Source: an uncultured Acidobacteriaceae bacterium (lineage in GTDB: Bacteria; Acidobacteriota; Terriglobia; Terriglobales; Acidobacteriaceae). From it: DNA of 58,101 nt. The stretch lies in contig CAXTRW010000002.1 of the NCBI GenBank assembly GCA_964246765.1, forward strand, positions 1 through 58,101, written 5' to 3'. Below, in pieces: positions 42,115 to 51,157 of this stretch. The notes beneath the pieces were generated by a model. That model was not told where the DNA came from. It saw only the letters and a list, made by a program, of their open reading frames with translations, and did not search any database. A program made the position numbers and the translations under genes. Each line of letters opens with the position of its first letter. Position 1 is the first letter of the stretch.

Positions 42115-43071
42115 TCAGTGCGCGTGACCGTGATGGTGATGGTGGGCGTGCACGTCCAACTCATCCACGGCCATCACGCAGCCGTGCTCGGTTTCGCATA
42201 CGTTGTTTTCAAACTGCACGGTGGTGTGCACGATGCGGAACCGCTCCCGCAGCAGCGTTTTGACCCGCTCCAGAATTGCATTGCTTTCCGACGGTGGAAT
42301 GTCCGCGATGCGGATGTGGGTCGCGAGCGCATGGGTTTGCGAGCCCAGCGACCAAACGTGGAGGTCGTGCACGTCCTCCACTCCTTCGATCCCGGTAAGC
42401 ACCATACGGATTTCAGGAAGCGCCATGCCTTGCGGTGTGCCTTCGAGCAGGATGTTGAGGGTTTCGCGCACGATGGAGATCGAGGACCACAGGATCAGCG
42501 CGGCGATGGCGAGCGAGAGCGCCGGGTCGATCCAGTCGAGCCCGGTGGCCCGGATCGCAAAGCCGCCCACGATCACGGCGGCGGTTGAAAGCGTGTCGCC
42601 CAACATGTGGACGAACACCGACCGCAGATTGACGTCTTTCGAGCTGGTGCGCCACAGCAGGGTTGCAATCAGGCCGTTCATGACCACGCCGGCCGCCGCG
42701 ACCGCCATCATGGTTTTGGCGGCGACCGCCTCCGGATGCCGCAGCCGCCCGACAGCCTCGATGGCGATCCAGGTGGAAACCGCGACCAGCGCGAGCGCGT
42801 TAAAAAATGCCGCCAGCACCCCGGCGCGCTGGTAGCCGAAGGTCTTGCCCTCGTTCGCCGGACGCCCCCCAAGCCACACCGCCACAAAGGAAAGCAGCAG
42901 CGCGGCGGCATCGGAAACGTTGTGCCCGGCTTCCGACAGGAGCGCCAGCGAGTGCGCGCGCCACCCCGCCACGAAGCACACGGCGACATAGAGCAGCGTG
43001 GCTGCGAGCGAAACCTGCAGCACGGTTTGCGTTTTTCGGGTGTTGCCTGTTGGGTGGGCGTGGGTGTGCAT
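42115..43071 (-). CDS. Cation diffusion facilitator (CzcD/ZitB-like)
   Basis: SLALLSEAGHNVSD, TFGYQR, HMLGD, VHDLHVW, His-rich termini. Confidence 0.95.
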   Translation of the reverse strand: MHTHAHPTGNTRKTQTVLQVSLAATLLYVAVCFVAGWRAHSLALLSEAGHNVSDAAALLLSFVAVWLGGRPANEGKTFGYQRAGVLAAFFNALALVAVSTWIAIEAVGRLRHPEAVAAKTMMAVAAAGVVMNGLIATLLWRTSSKDVNLRSVFVHMLGDTLSTAAVIVGGFAIRATGLDWIDPALSLAIAALILWSSISIVRETLNILLEGTPQGMALPEIRMVLTGIEGVEDVHDLHVWSLGSQTHALATHIRIADIPPSESNAILERVKTLLRERFRIVHTTVQFENNVCETEHGCVMAVDELDVHAHHHHHGHAH

Positions 43072-43196
43072 GCACTTCTAAGTGTAGGAGATGCGCGCCG
43101 CCGCTTCTGTAATCTTTTGTCCCATGGGGTTGGGCAGGCCTTCTTGCAACTGAAAAACAGTTGCACTCGGAAGAATCAACCTCTAGACTGGAGGTC

Positions 43197-43448
43197 ATGG
43201 CCAAGGCCGAAAAGCTGCTGAAGCGTATTGCATCGGAGCCGAAGGATTTGCATTGGGAAGAGCTTGTGACCCTGATGCGAAGTCTCGGGTTCGACTTGCA
43301 TCGAGGCAGCGGGTCCAGCCGAAAGTTTGTTCAAAAAGAAACACGCGTCACGCTGAGTCTCCACGAACCACATCCGAGCGGAATCCTGAAGCAATACCAA
43401 ATCCGCATGGTTGTGGAGCTGCTTAGAAATGAGGGCTGTCTTCCATGA
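43197..43448 (+). CDS. hicA: HicA family toxin
   Basis: LMRSLGF...GSGSSRKF...LHEPHP...LKQYQI. Confidence 0.9.
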   Translation: MAKAEKLLKRIASEPKDLHWEELVTLMRSLGFDLHRGSGSSRKFVQKETRVTLSLHEPHPSGILKQYQIRMVVELLRNEGCLP

Positions 43449-43786
43449 GCGAAACTTTGCACTACAAAGGGTACAACGGCTCCGTTGCTTACAGCGCGAC
43501 GGATCGGCTCCTGTGCGGCAAACTGCTCGGTATTCGCGACATGATTACCTTTGAAGGCGCAGACGTCGCATCACTGGAAGCCAATTTCCAGGCCGTGGTG
43601 GACGAGTATCTGGAGTTCTGCAAGGAGGCGGGCAAGAAGCCCGATCAACCATTCAGCGGGAGTTTTAATGTACGTACGGGCGTGGACCTGCACCGCCGGG
43701 CGGCGCTGTATGCTGAGCAGCACCAACTCAAACTGAACCACATCGTAAAAGAAGCGCTGGAACAGTATTTAAAGCGCGCCGGCTAG
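43445..43786 (+). CDS. hicB: HicB family antitoxin
   Basis: LHYKGYNGSV, FQAVVDEYL, FSGSFNVR (RHH); ATGA overlap with hicA. Confidence 0.92.
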   Translation: MSETLHYKGYNGSVAYSATDRLLCGKLLGIRDMITFEGADVASLEANFQAVVDEYLEFCKEAGKKPDQPFSGSFNVRTGVDLHRRAALYAEQHQLKLNHIVKEALEQYLKRAG

Positions 43787-43875
43787 AACCGGCCCGCTAA
43801 CCCAATCGGCGGCTCCGAATAGGTCTCTCGTAAGAGCCTTTGGCGCACCGGAGCGGATGGTTTACACAATCAGCA

Positions 43876-44373
43876 TTACCCCACCGGCGCGGACCACCTC
43901 CGCCGGGGGCTGGCGCGGCGCACGGGGACCGAGTTCGCGGTATCCCTCAGCCCGATCCAGTTTTCGGCGATCACGATCGAGTTCTCGGGCTGGCGGGTGT
44001 CGTAGCGCACCGAGCACGGGAAGCCGACGCGGATGTCCGCGATGTCGATCAGGTCCTTTAAATGGGTAATGTCCTGCGAGCACTCGTAGGCGACGCCGGC
44101 GATCTCGTACTTGTACAGGATCAGCTGCATGCCGTCCGGGCGTCCGGCTTCCGAGGCGTCGCGGTCGGACACGTCGAGCACGGTGCCGTCGATAATACGG
44201 CCGCCCAGCACCAGGTCCTGCCGCCGCATGCGCTCGAGCTCTTCCTCGCTGGTGCGCTTGCGCGTGGCCCTGTACCAGACGATGCCGCCCAGGCAGGCAG
44301 CCGCTGCGGCTATGGTCGTCAGGATCTGGTGATCGCGCAGGATAAGCCCGTTGATCACCTGCACACGCTCCAC
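43876..44373 (-). CDS. Single-TM membrane protein, DUF3592-like
   Basis: TM helix, [24 protein letters not shown]. Confidence 0.75.
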   Translation of the reverse strand: MERVQVINGLILRDHQILTTIAAAAACLGGIVWYRATRKRTSEEELERMRRQDLVLGGRIIDGTVLDVSDRDASEAGRPDGMQLILYKYEIAGVAYECSQDITHLKDLIDIADIRVGFPCSVRYDTRQPENSIVIAENWIGLRDTANSVPVRRASPRRRWSAPVG

Positions 44374-44489
44374 GGAGGTCGGATAGCAGCAGCATACCGC
44401 AGTTTGGGCGGTTTCGGAGGGCCATCGACGCGCAAGCGCAACGCCAAAGTCACATAGCGGTCCCGCGAGCCTGGGCTATACTCAAGAGA

Positions 44490-45089
44490 TTGCCCATGGC
44501 CAAACCCGCTCCCGCCTCCGGCCTTTCCCTTGCAGACAACCGCCGCATCCGCAGCACCACCGTGGTTTGTGTGCGCCGTGAAGGGTCTGTTGTCATGGCC
44601 GCCGACGGCCAGGTGACTTTGGGCGACGCAATCCTGAAGCACTCCGCGCGGAAGATCCGGCGGCTGTACCAGGAGAAGGTGTTGGCCGGGTTCGCCGGGT
44701 CCACCGCCGATGCATTCTCGCTGTTCAGCCGGTTTGAAGGCAAGCTGGAGCAGTACGCGGGTAATATCGGCCGCGCCGCGGTTGAGCTCGCGAAGGATTG
44801 GCGCACGGATAAGATGTTGCGCTCGCTCGAGGCCTTGCTGATCGTCACCGACCCGCACCAGAGCTTTATCATTTCGGGCACCGGCGACGTAATTGAGCCG
44901 GACGAGGGGATTGTCGCCATCGGGTCGGGCGGGTCGTATGCGCTGGCCGCCGCGCGCGCCTTGTACGACAACACAGAGCTGTCCGCGCGTGAAATCGCCG
45001 AGAAATCGCTGCGGATCGCGGGCAAAATCTGTATCTACACGAACGACACATTGATGGTCGAAGAGCTGACCGCCCCAGACAGGAAGTAA
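44490..45089 (+). CDS. hslV: ATP-dependent protease subunit HslV
   Basis: [35 protein letters not shown]. Confidence 0.97.
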   Translation: MPMAKPAPASGLSLADNRRIRSTTVVCVRREGSVVMAADGQVTLGDAILKHSARKIRRLYQEKVLAGFAGSTADAFSLFSRFEGKLEQYAGNIGRAAVELAKDWRTDKMLRSLEALLIVTDPHQSFIISGTGDVIEPDEGIVAIGSGGSYALAAARALYDNTELSAREIAEKSLRIAGKICIYTNDTLMVEELTAPDRK

Positions 45090-45094
45090 CTCGC

Positions 45095-46645
45095 TTGGCT
45101 ATTTACCTCCCCGGAACCGCCGACGACCAGGAGCTCGCGCTCGAGGAGCTGACCCCGCGCGAGATCGTCGCCGAGCTAGACAAGTACGTGGTGGGTCAGC
45201 GCGCGGCCAAGCGCGCGGTGGCGCTCGCGCTGCGCAACCGGACCCGCCGGCAAAAGCTCGCGCCCGAAGTGGCGGACGAGATCATGCCCAAGAACATCAT
45301 CATGATCGGGCCTACGGGCGTCGGCAAGACCGAAATCGCGCGGCGGCTGGCCAAGCTGACCAACTCTCCATTTTTGAAGGTGGAAGCCTCCAAATTTACA
45401 GAGGTCGGCTATGTGGGGCGTGACGTCGAGTCGATGATCCGCGATCTGGTCGAGAACGCAATCGACATGGTCCGGGATGAAAAGCTGGAAGAGGTGGAGG
45501 ACAAGGCCGAGCTGAACGCCGAGGACCGGCTGCTCGATCTACTGCTGCCGGCGCCTGCCGCGGTCGCTGTAGTGCCACCTACCGAAAACGATGGAAGCGG
45601 CCAGGCCGGCGGACAAGCTATCAGTGCCTCCGCCGAGGCCGAGCCGACCGCGACGGCGCGCGCCCGCGAAAAAATGCGCGAACAGTTTCGCGAGGGCAAG
45701 CTGGACGAGCGCTCGGTCGAGATCGACGTGCGCGAGCGCCGGGAGCCCCAGATCGAGATCGTGACCGGCAACGCGCCGGACGAGATGTCCGAGGGCAGCC
45801 TCAAGGACATCCTGCCGCAGCTGTTCGGGCCCCGCACCAAGAAGCGCAAGATGAAGGTCGCCGAGGCGTTCGACTACCTGGTTCAGGAAGAGGAAAGCCG
45901 CCTGATCGACATGGATCAGGTGCAGCGCGTCGCGGTGGAGCGCGTGGAAAGCTCGGGCATCGTCTTTCTGGACGAAATCGACAAAATCGCCGGGCGCGAG
46001 GGCGGACACGGGCCCGATATTTCGCGCGAAGGCGTCCAGCGCGATATCCTGCCCATCGTCGAAGGCACCACCGTGAACACCCGCTACGGCATGGTCCGGA
46101 CCGACTACATCCTGTTCATCGCGGCGGGGGCGTTCCACGTCACCAAGCCGAGCGACCTGATTCCCGAACTCCAGGGCCGTTTCCCTGTCCGAGTCGAGCT
46201 TCACTCGCTTACCGTGGACGACTTTATCCGCATCCTGACCGAGCCCAAGGCGTCGCTGACCAAGCAGCAGATCGCCCTGCTCGAGACCGAAGGCCTGAAG
46301 CTCGAGTTCACCCCGGAGGCGCTGGCCGAGATGGCGAATTTCGCCTTTCGGGTCAACGAGCAGACTGAAAACATCGGCGCGCGCCGGCTCCATACCATCA
46401 TGGAGCGGGTGCTGGACGAGATCAGCTTCCTGGCCCCCGACCTGCTCAAGGCGCCGCGCAACCCTGAGGGCGTCTTTGACCTGTCCGTTGCCGCGACCGA
46501 CGGCGCGGCGACCACGCCGCTGCCGGTGGTGGACCGCGAAATTCCGACCGGGCATGAGCGCGTGGTGGTGATCGACCCGGAATACGTGCGGCAGATGGTG
46601 GCTGGGATCGTGAAGGACCAGGATTTGAGCCGCTACATCTTGTAA
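45095..46645 (+). CDS. hslU: ATP-dependent protease ATPase HslU
   Basis: [39 protein letters not shown]. Confidence 0.98.
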   Translation: MAIYLPGTADDQELALEELTPREIVAELDKYVVGQRAAKRAVALALRNRTRRQKLAPEVADEIMPKNIIMIGPTGVGKTEIARRLAKLTNSPFLKVEASKFTEVGYVGRDVESMIRDLVENAIDMVRDEKLEEVEDKAELNAEDRLLDLLLPAPAAVAVVPPTENDGSGQAGGQAISASAEAEPTATARAREKMREQFREGKLDERSVEIDVRERREPQIEIVTGNAPDEMSEGSLKDILPQLFGPRTKKRKMKVAEAFDYLVQEEESRLIDMDQVQRVAVERVESSGIVFLDEIDKIAGREGGHGPDISREGVQRDILPIVEGTTVNTRYGMVRTDYILFIAAGAFHVTKPSDLIPELQGRFPVRVELHSLTVDDFIRILTEPKASLTKQQIALLETEGLKLEFTPEALAEMANFAFRVNEQTENIGARRLHTIMERVLDEISFLAPDLLKAPRNPEGVFDLSVAATDGAATTPLPVVDREIPTGHERVVVIDPEYVRQMVAGIVKDQDLSRYIL

Positions 46646-46698
46646 TCCTGCCTTTCTTGCTCGGGTTTACCATGGGCGCGGGTAGAAGGAAGAGGCCG

Positions 46699-48066
46699 AT
46701 GCGGCAAACGGCGTTTGGCAGCGCTGCATCCGCGTTGCAAGCGAAAGCCGGTGTGCAAGGCCACCCGGTCCAATGGAACCGCTGGAAGCGCTTCGGCTTC
46801 CGTTTCTCCTTCTGCTACTACGCGGTCTGGATTACGCTCAACGGCAACGCCACGGTGTGGAAAGCGGCGCCGGTGGTGGGCCTCAGGCTGGAAGGGTGGT
46901 TTTGGGATCCCCTCGGCGGCCTGGCCATGCTGCTGGGGAGGGTGCTGTTCGGGCTGCACGGGCCCGAGGACCACTGGATTTCCCGCGGCTCGAGCGACAC
47001 TTTGCTCGCTGGGCTTTTAACCGCTTGCTGGGTCGTGCTCGCCTTGACCGGGGCGTGTGTGTGGTCGCTGCTGGACCGCAGACGCGAGTCGTACCAAACC
47101 CTGCTGGCGTGGCTGCGATTCGCGCTCCGACTCACTTTGGGCATCTGTTTGCTGCAGTACGGCATTGCGGAAGTGTTCTCGACCGGAGCGCCTCCGCTCG
47201 ACTATGCCGCGCTCAACACCCCGGCGGGCGCGCTTCCGCCGGCGGCGCTGGTGTGGCTGCTGCTGGTCAGCAGCCGCGGCCTGCAAATTACATTCGGCAT
47301 TGCCGAGCTCGTCGTCGGCGCCACGCTGCTGCTGCGCCGCACCGCGTTGTTCGGCGCCCTCGTCGCCTTTTTCGCGCTGGGCGCGGTGCTGTCGTTTGAG
47401 GCGTTTTTCCAGATGCCGGTGCGCATTTTCACCGGCCATGTGCTGCTTGCAGCGGGCTCGATCATCCTGATCGACCTGCCCGCGGTGGTCCGGTTTTTCT
47501 GGAAGCACCAGCCGGGCGCGCCCGCGGGGGTGTGGGTGCCGCCCGAGCTGCGAACTCGTTTCCGGCGCAGCACCGGAATCGTCGAAGTTGTTTTTCTGCT
47601 GCTTGTGCTGGGCCAAGCTTTGTATGTCGGGAGCAAGCAGCTCCGCTCCGCCCACCAGGCAGCCGACGCGCGGCTGCCGCTCATCGGCGGCTGGCAGGTG
47701 CTGCCCTCGGCCGCGTCGGCGCAGCGGTGGCTTACCAAGGATGGTTCGCCGGTAGCTTCGGTCTGGTTCAATCGGCAGGTCGGCAGGCACGACTTCGACC
47801 TGACGATCCGCAGTGAGGACGGCCGGCTCTGGCAAGGCTTCGCGGTGGTCGATGCGGTGCGCGACACCATGGTGGTGCGCGGCCGGTATACCTCGCCGCG
47901 AATGTACCTCTTTACATGGTCCGGGTTGAACCGGATTGCGCTCAGCCCCAGCCCTGGAGCAAGCCCGCTTCCTAATGAAACGCTGGAACGCCTGCCCTTG
48001 CTGCGCCGGTACCGCCTGCTCGACGAAAGACCGCCATTGGTGAACGAGTTTGGGTATGCCCGCTAG
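46699..48066 (+). CDS. Multi-pass membrane protein, DoxX-like
   Basis: FRFSFCYY, GSSDTL, WSLLDRRR, LLLRRTALFGAL; multiple TM segments and a C-terminal soluble domain. Confidence 0.7.
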   Translation: MRQTAFGSAASALQAKAGVQGHPVQWNRWKRFGFRFSFCYYAVWITLNGNATVWKAAPVVGLRLEGWFWDPLGGLAMLLGRVLFGLHGPEDHWISRGSSDTLLAGLLTACWVVLALTGACVWSLLDRRRESYQTLLAWLRFALRLTLGICLLQYGIAEVFSTGAPPLDYAALNTPAGALPPAALVWLLLVSSRGLQITFGIAELVVGATLLLRRTALFGALVAFFALGAVLSFEAFFQMPVRIFTGHVLLAAGSIILIDLPAVVRFFWKHQPGAPAGVWVPPELRTRFRRSTGIVEVVFLLLVLGQALYVGSKQLRSAHQAADARLPLIGGWQVLPSAASAQRWLTKDGSPVASVWFNRQVGRHDFDLTIRSEDGRLWQGFAVVDAVRDTMVVRGRYTSPRMYLFTWSGLNRIALSPSPGASPLPNETLERLPLLRRYRLLDERPPLVNEFGYAR

Positions 48067-48179
48067 GGCAGTTCTCGTACACACGTAAAGCGGCCGGCAT
48101 CGCTGGATGTGGCTTTGCCGGCGGGAAAAGCTACACTGCTACAAAACTCTCCCTCTACACCAATACGAGAACTGCCTTA
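48064..48179 (+). mobile_element. MITE-like repeat, copy 3
   Basis: TAGGGCAGTTCTCGTA...TACGAGAACTGCCTTA. Confidence 0.85.
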
Positions 48180-48203
48180 ACGCTGCCTTGCCCAATGGTG
48201 ACG

Positions 48204-49298
48204 CTAGGCTCGATACGGTTCGGCATCCTGACGCTTCAGTTCCAGGCCTTGTCCGGGGCGGGAAAGGTCGGGCGTCATGCGCCCGTCGACCGGTTCCGCG
48301 AAGCCATCGAAAAACATGCGCTCGATGCGGGCGTGATCGTGGAAGAACTCCATGTGGACCGCCCTGGGCACGGAACAGCACACGTGCAGGTGCATGCTGG
48401 GGCCGCAGTGGGCGGAAAGCGGGACGTTGTGGGCCCAGCACAGCGCAGCGGCGTCGAGAAAGCCGCTGATGCCGCCCGAGCGGGTGCAGTCGGCCTGCAG
48501 GACCGTAACCGCCTGGGCGTCGAGCATGCGCCGGAAGTACCAGGCGGTGTAGCCGTACTCGCCCGCAGCAATGTCCATGCCGAGCGGCGCGCGCTCGCGG
48601 ACTTGATTGAGGCCGATGAGGTGGTCGGAGCTGACCGGCTCCTCGAACCAGCGGACGCCCTGCTCGGCGAAGACGTGGGCCAGCTGGATGGCCTGGGTGA
48701 CGGTGTAGGCGCCATTCGCGTCCACAAACAGGCTGCAGCTGGGGCCGATGGCCGCGCGCGCGATGCGGACGCGCACGGGGTCCTGCTCGGGGTGCGTTCC
48801 GATCTTCATTTTGACATTTTCGAAACCCTGCGCGGCCCAGCCGCCGAGCTGGTCGGTCAACTGCTGGTCGGAGTAGGTGGTAAACCCGCCGCTGCCGTAG
48901 ACCGGAATGGACGGGCGCACCTGGCCGAGCAGGCTGACGAGCGGCAGATCGACGAGGCGCGCCCGCAGATCCCACAGGGCGTTGTCGAGCGCGGAAACGG
49001 CCATCATCGCGATCCCGGTTTCGCCCAGGTTGCGGATTTGGCGCAGCATGGTTTGGAGCGTGGCGCCGTGGTCGAAGGCGTCGGTGCCCATTACCGCGGA
49101 GTCCAGCAGCTTTTTCGCCGCCGCGGCGGTCGCGGGGTCGGCGTAGGTGTAGCCCAGGGCGTGGGTAGCCCCGCTTTCGAGCTGGACCAGCACCATCGTG
49201 GTCGCGTCCCAGCGGAAGGTGCCGTCGGCTTCCGGGGCATCCGTGGGAACCGTGTAAACTTCGACCGAACCGCCGGTGATTTTCGCGTCTGGTTTCAT
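48204..49298 (-). CDS. Mandelate racemase/muconate lactonizing (enolase superfamily) enzyme
   Basis: KMKIG, VDANG, FEEPV, AGEY, SAHC, PGQGL. Confidence 0.92.
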   Translation of the reverse strand: MKPDAKITGGSVEVYTVPTDAPEADGTFRWDATTMVLVQLESGATHALGYTYADPATAAAAKKLLDSAVMGTDAFDHGATLQTMLRQIRNLGETGIAMMAVSALDNALWDLRARLVDLPLVSLLGQVRPSIPVYGSGGFTTYSDQQLTDQLGGWAAQGFENVKMKIGTHPEQDPVRVRIARAAIGPSCSLFVDANGAYTVTQAIQLAHVFAEQGVRWFEEPVSSDHLIGLNQVRERAPLGMDIAAGEYGYTAWYFRRMLDAQAVTVLQADCTRSGGISGFLDAAALCWAHNVPLSAHCGPSMHLHVCCSVPRAVHMEFFHDHARIERMFFDGFAEPVDGRMTPDLSRPGQGLELKRQDAEPYRA

Positions 49299-49304
49299 GG
49301 TTGT

Positions 49305-50468
49305 TTAGAAATTTGTGAGCACTTCAGCGCCGTGATCGGTACACGCGACGACGTCGCAGTGGCGCATGCCGCCTTCGCCGTCGAAGTAGATCGCGGGCTC
49401 GATGTTGAAGGTCATCCCGGCTTCCAGAGTGTCGGGCGATTCGGGGTGAATGCGGGGCAGTGCGTTGGCGTTTGCGGCGGAAAAGCCTACGCCGTGGCCG
49501 GTGGCGTGCTTGAACTGCGGGCCGAAGCCGGCCTGCTTCAGCACACCGCGGGCGGCCGCGTCCACATCCTTTGCGGGCACGCCTGGTTTTACTTTGTCCA
49601 AGGCCGCCTGGCGCGCTTCCGAGATCGCGTCGGCCATGTGCTTTTGCTTGTCGCTGCGCTTTCCCGGCACGTAATTGCGGGTGATGTCGGTCCAGTAGCC
49701 GTCGCCCACGGTGTTGGTGTGGATCATGACGCAGTCGCCATCCGCGATGGTGCGCGAGCGGGTGCGCGCGTAGGCCCCGGCGGCTTTGGCCGAGTTGGGG
49801 CCGGACATGCAGTAGAAGTAACCCCGCCCGCGCTCGAAGCCGTCGAGCGCGACCCGCGCATAGGCGGCTTCAATCGCCGCCGCAGCCTCGTCTTCACGTT
49901 TTCCGGCAGTCACAGCGTGCCCTGCCGCGCCGAAGCCCGCGCCCGCGAGCGCGCAGGCCCGGCGGATCAGGTCGAGCTCGACCGGCGTTTTCAGAGACCG
50001 AAGCTCGGCCAGCAGATCGTCCGCGGCGACCACGGAAATGCCTGAAGGGGCGCCCGCGAGCAGGCCGGCGGCGGAGTCGCGGAAGCGGTGCTGGCTCTGG
50101 TAGGAAACCCCTTCGCTCGCCCCCTGGAGATCGACCCCGACCCGTTTGCCGTCGAGCCGCAGGGCGGAGATGAGCTCCTGGACCGGTTTGGCGAGCGCCT
50201 CCGACGGGCTGGTAAGCCGGTGCAGTGTTTCCGGCAGATACGGCATCAGGCGGGCATCGGAGGTCGCTCGGGCGAGCTCCTGCTCGTCCTCCGGCACCAG
50301 CACCATCGCTTCGCCGCTGGCCGACACAGCGGCGATGCTGGTCGCCATTACAGGCCAAAAACCGCTCAACAGCAGGACATTGGTCGGGGAAAAGCAAACC
50401 AGCGCATCGAGCTGAGTCGTTTCAAGGGCTCGCACGATCGCCTCACGTCGTTGTTGGTCGATTGCCAC
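49305..50468 (-). CDS. M24 (Xaa-Pro peptidase/creatinase-like) family protein
   Basis: LRSLKTPVEL, GYWTDITR, HATGHGVG, NIEPAIY, GGMRHCD. Confidence 0.9.
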   Translation of the reverse strand: MAIDQQRREAIVRALETTQLDALVCFSPTNVLLLSGFWPVMATSIAAVSASGEAMVLVPEDEQELARATSDARLMPYLPETLHRLTSPSEALAKPVQELISALRLDGKRVGVDLQGASEGVSYQSQHRFRDSAAGLLAGAPSGISVVAADDLLAELRSLKTPVELDLIRRACALAGAGFGAAGHAVTAGKREDEAAAAIEAAYARVALDGFERGRGYFYCMSGPNSAKAAGAYARTRSRTIADGDCVMIHTNTVGDGYWTDITRNYVPGKRSDKQKHMADAISEARQAALDKVKPGVPAKDVDAAARGVLKQAGFGPQFKHATGHGVGFSAANANALPRIHPESPDTLEAGMTFNIEPAIYFDGEGGMRHCDVVACTDHGAEVLTNF

Positions 50469-50535
50469 GCCAGCCCCCTTGCGGCTTCCTTGTTTGTGAT
50501 GCGGTCAACACTCCCGAAACGCAGACGTATCGGTG

Positions 50536-50593
50536 TGGATTCGTCCTGGATTCGTCATGGATTCGTCCTGGATTCGTCATGGTTTCGTCCTGG
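50536..50593. repeat. Five tandem 11-bp direct repeats TGGATTCGTC(C/A)
   Basis: tggattcgtcc tggattcgtca tggattcgtcc tggattcgtca tggtttcgtcc tgg, in a divergent intergenic region. Confidence 0.95.
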
Positions 50594-50662
50594 GGAGCAC
50601 TCTGCGAAGGGCTGGGCCAACCCTGGCCCGTTTCAAACGTCCCTATATACTAGGAAACTAGA

Positions 50663-51070
50663 ATGAGCGGCGGACCAGTTCGAGCTGTGGCGCGCAGGGG
50701 CGCAAACCGATGGAGCGAGGCCGCTTTGCGCCTTGTGCGCCTCGCGGTTCTGTTTCTCGGCTTCGCGGTTGTGTTCTGGGGCTCGCACGACAAGGTTTCC
50801 TTGTATAAGCACACCGCGCATGCGAGCGTTCCAGTCGCGAAGGCCAAGCTCCTGAGCAGTCGAGATCATGCCGCGGCCGCTGTTCGCGTCGTGACCGCTG
50901 TTCCGGCCCCGGCCTCCTGGCTTACGCTCCTGCTGTTCGCGGCCTGCCTTTTGAACCTTTCAGTGCGCCGGGCGGATCGGCCGGCTTTCGCGCGCCCGCT
51001 CACCCCGTCTCCGCCGCTCTATCCCGCGCTCCGCAGACGCCCTCCTCCCGTATCCGACGTGTTCGCATAA
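50663..51070 (+). CDS. Small membrane protein / candidate leader ORF with C-terminal RPPP
   Basis: Two hydrophobic segments; ends LYPALRRRPPPVSDVFA; first ORF of the efflux operon; TATACT at 50646-50651. Confidence 0.65.
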   Translation: MSGGPVRAVARRGANRWSEAALRLVRLAVLFLGFAVVFWGSHDKVSLYKHTAHASVPVAKAKLLSSRDHAAAAVRVVTAVPAPASWLTLLLFAACLLNLSVRRADRPAFARPLTPSPPLYPALRRRPPPVSDVFA

Positions 51071-51157
51071 ACGCTTCCGGCCTTTGCTGCCGGATTGTGA
51101 GTTGCACGTTGTAAGCGCAAGCGCGCGGCCCATGCCGGCGCGGAGTAGGTCCTGTCT

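Noticed and set aside
50536-50593. Possible CRISPR array
   Set aside because: Contiguous 11-bp units with no unique spacers; no cas genes in the window.
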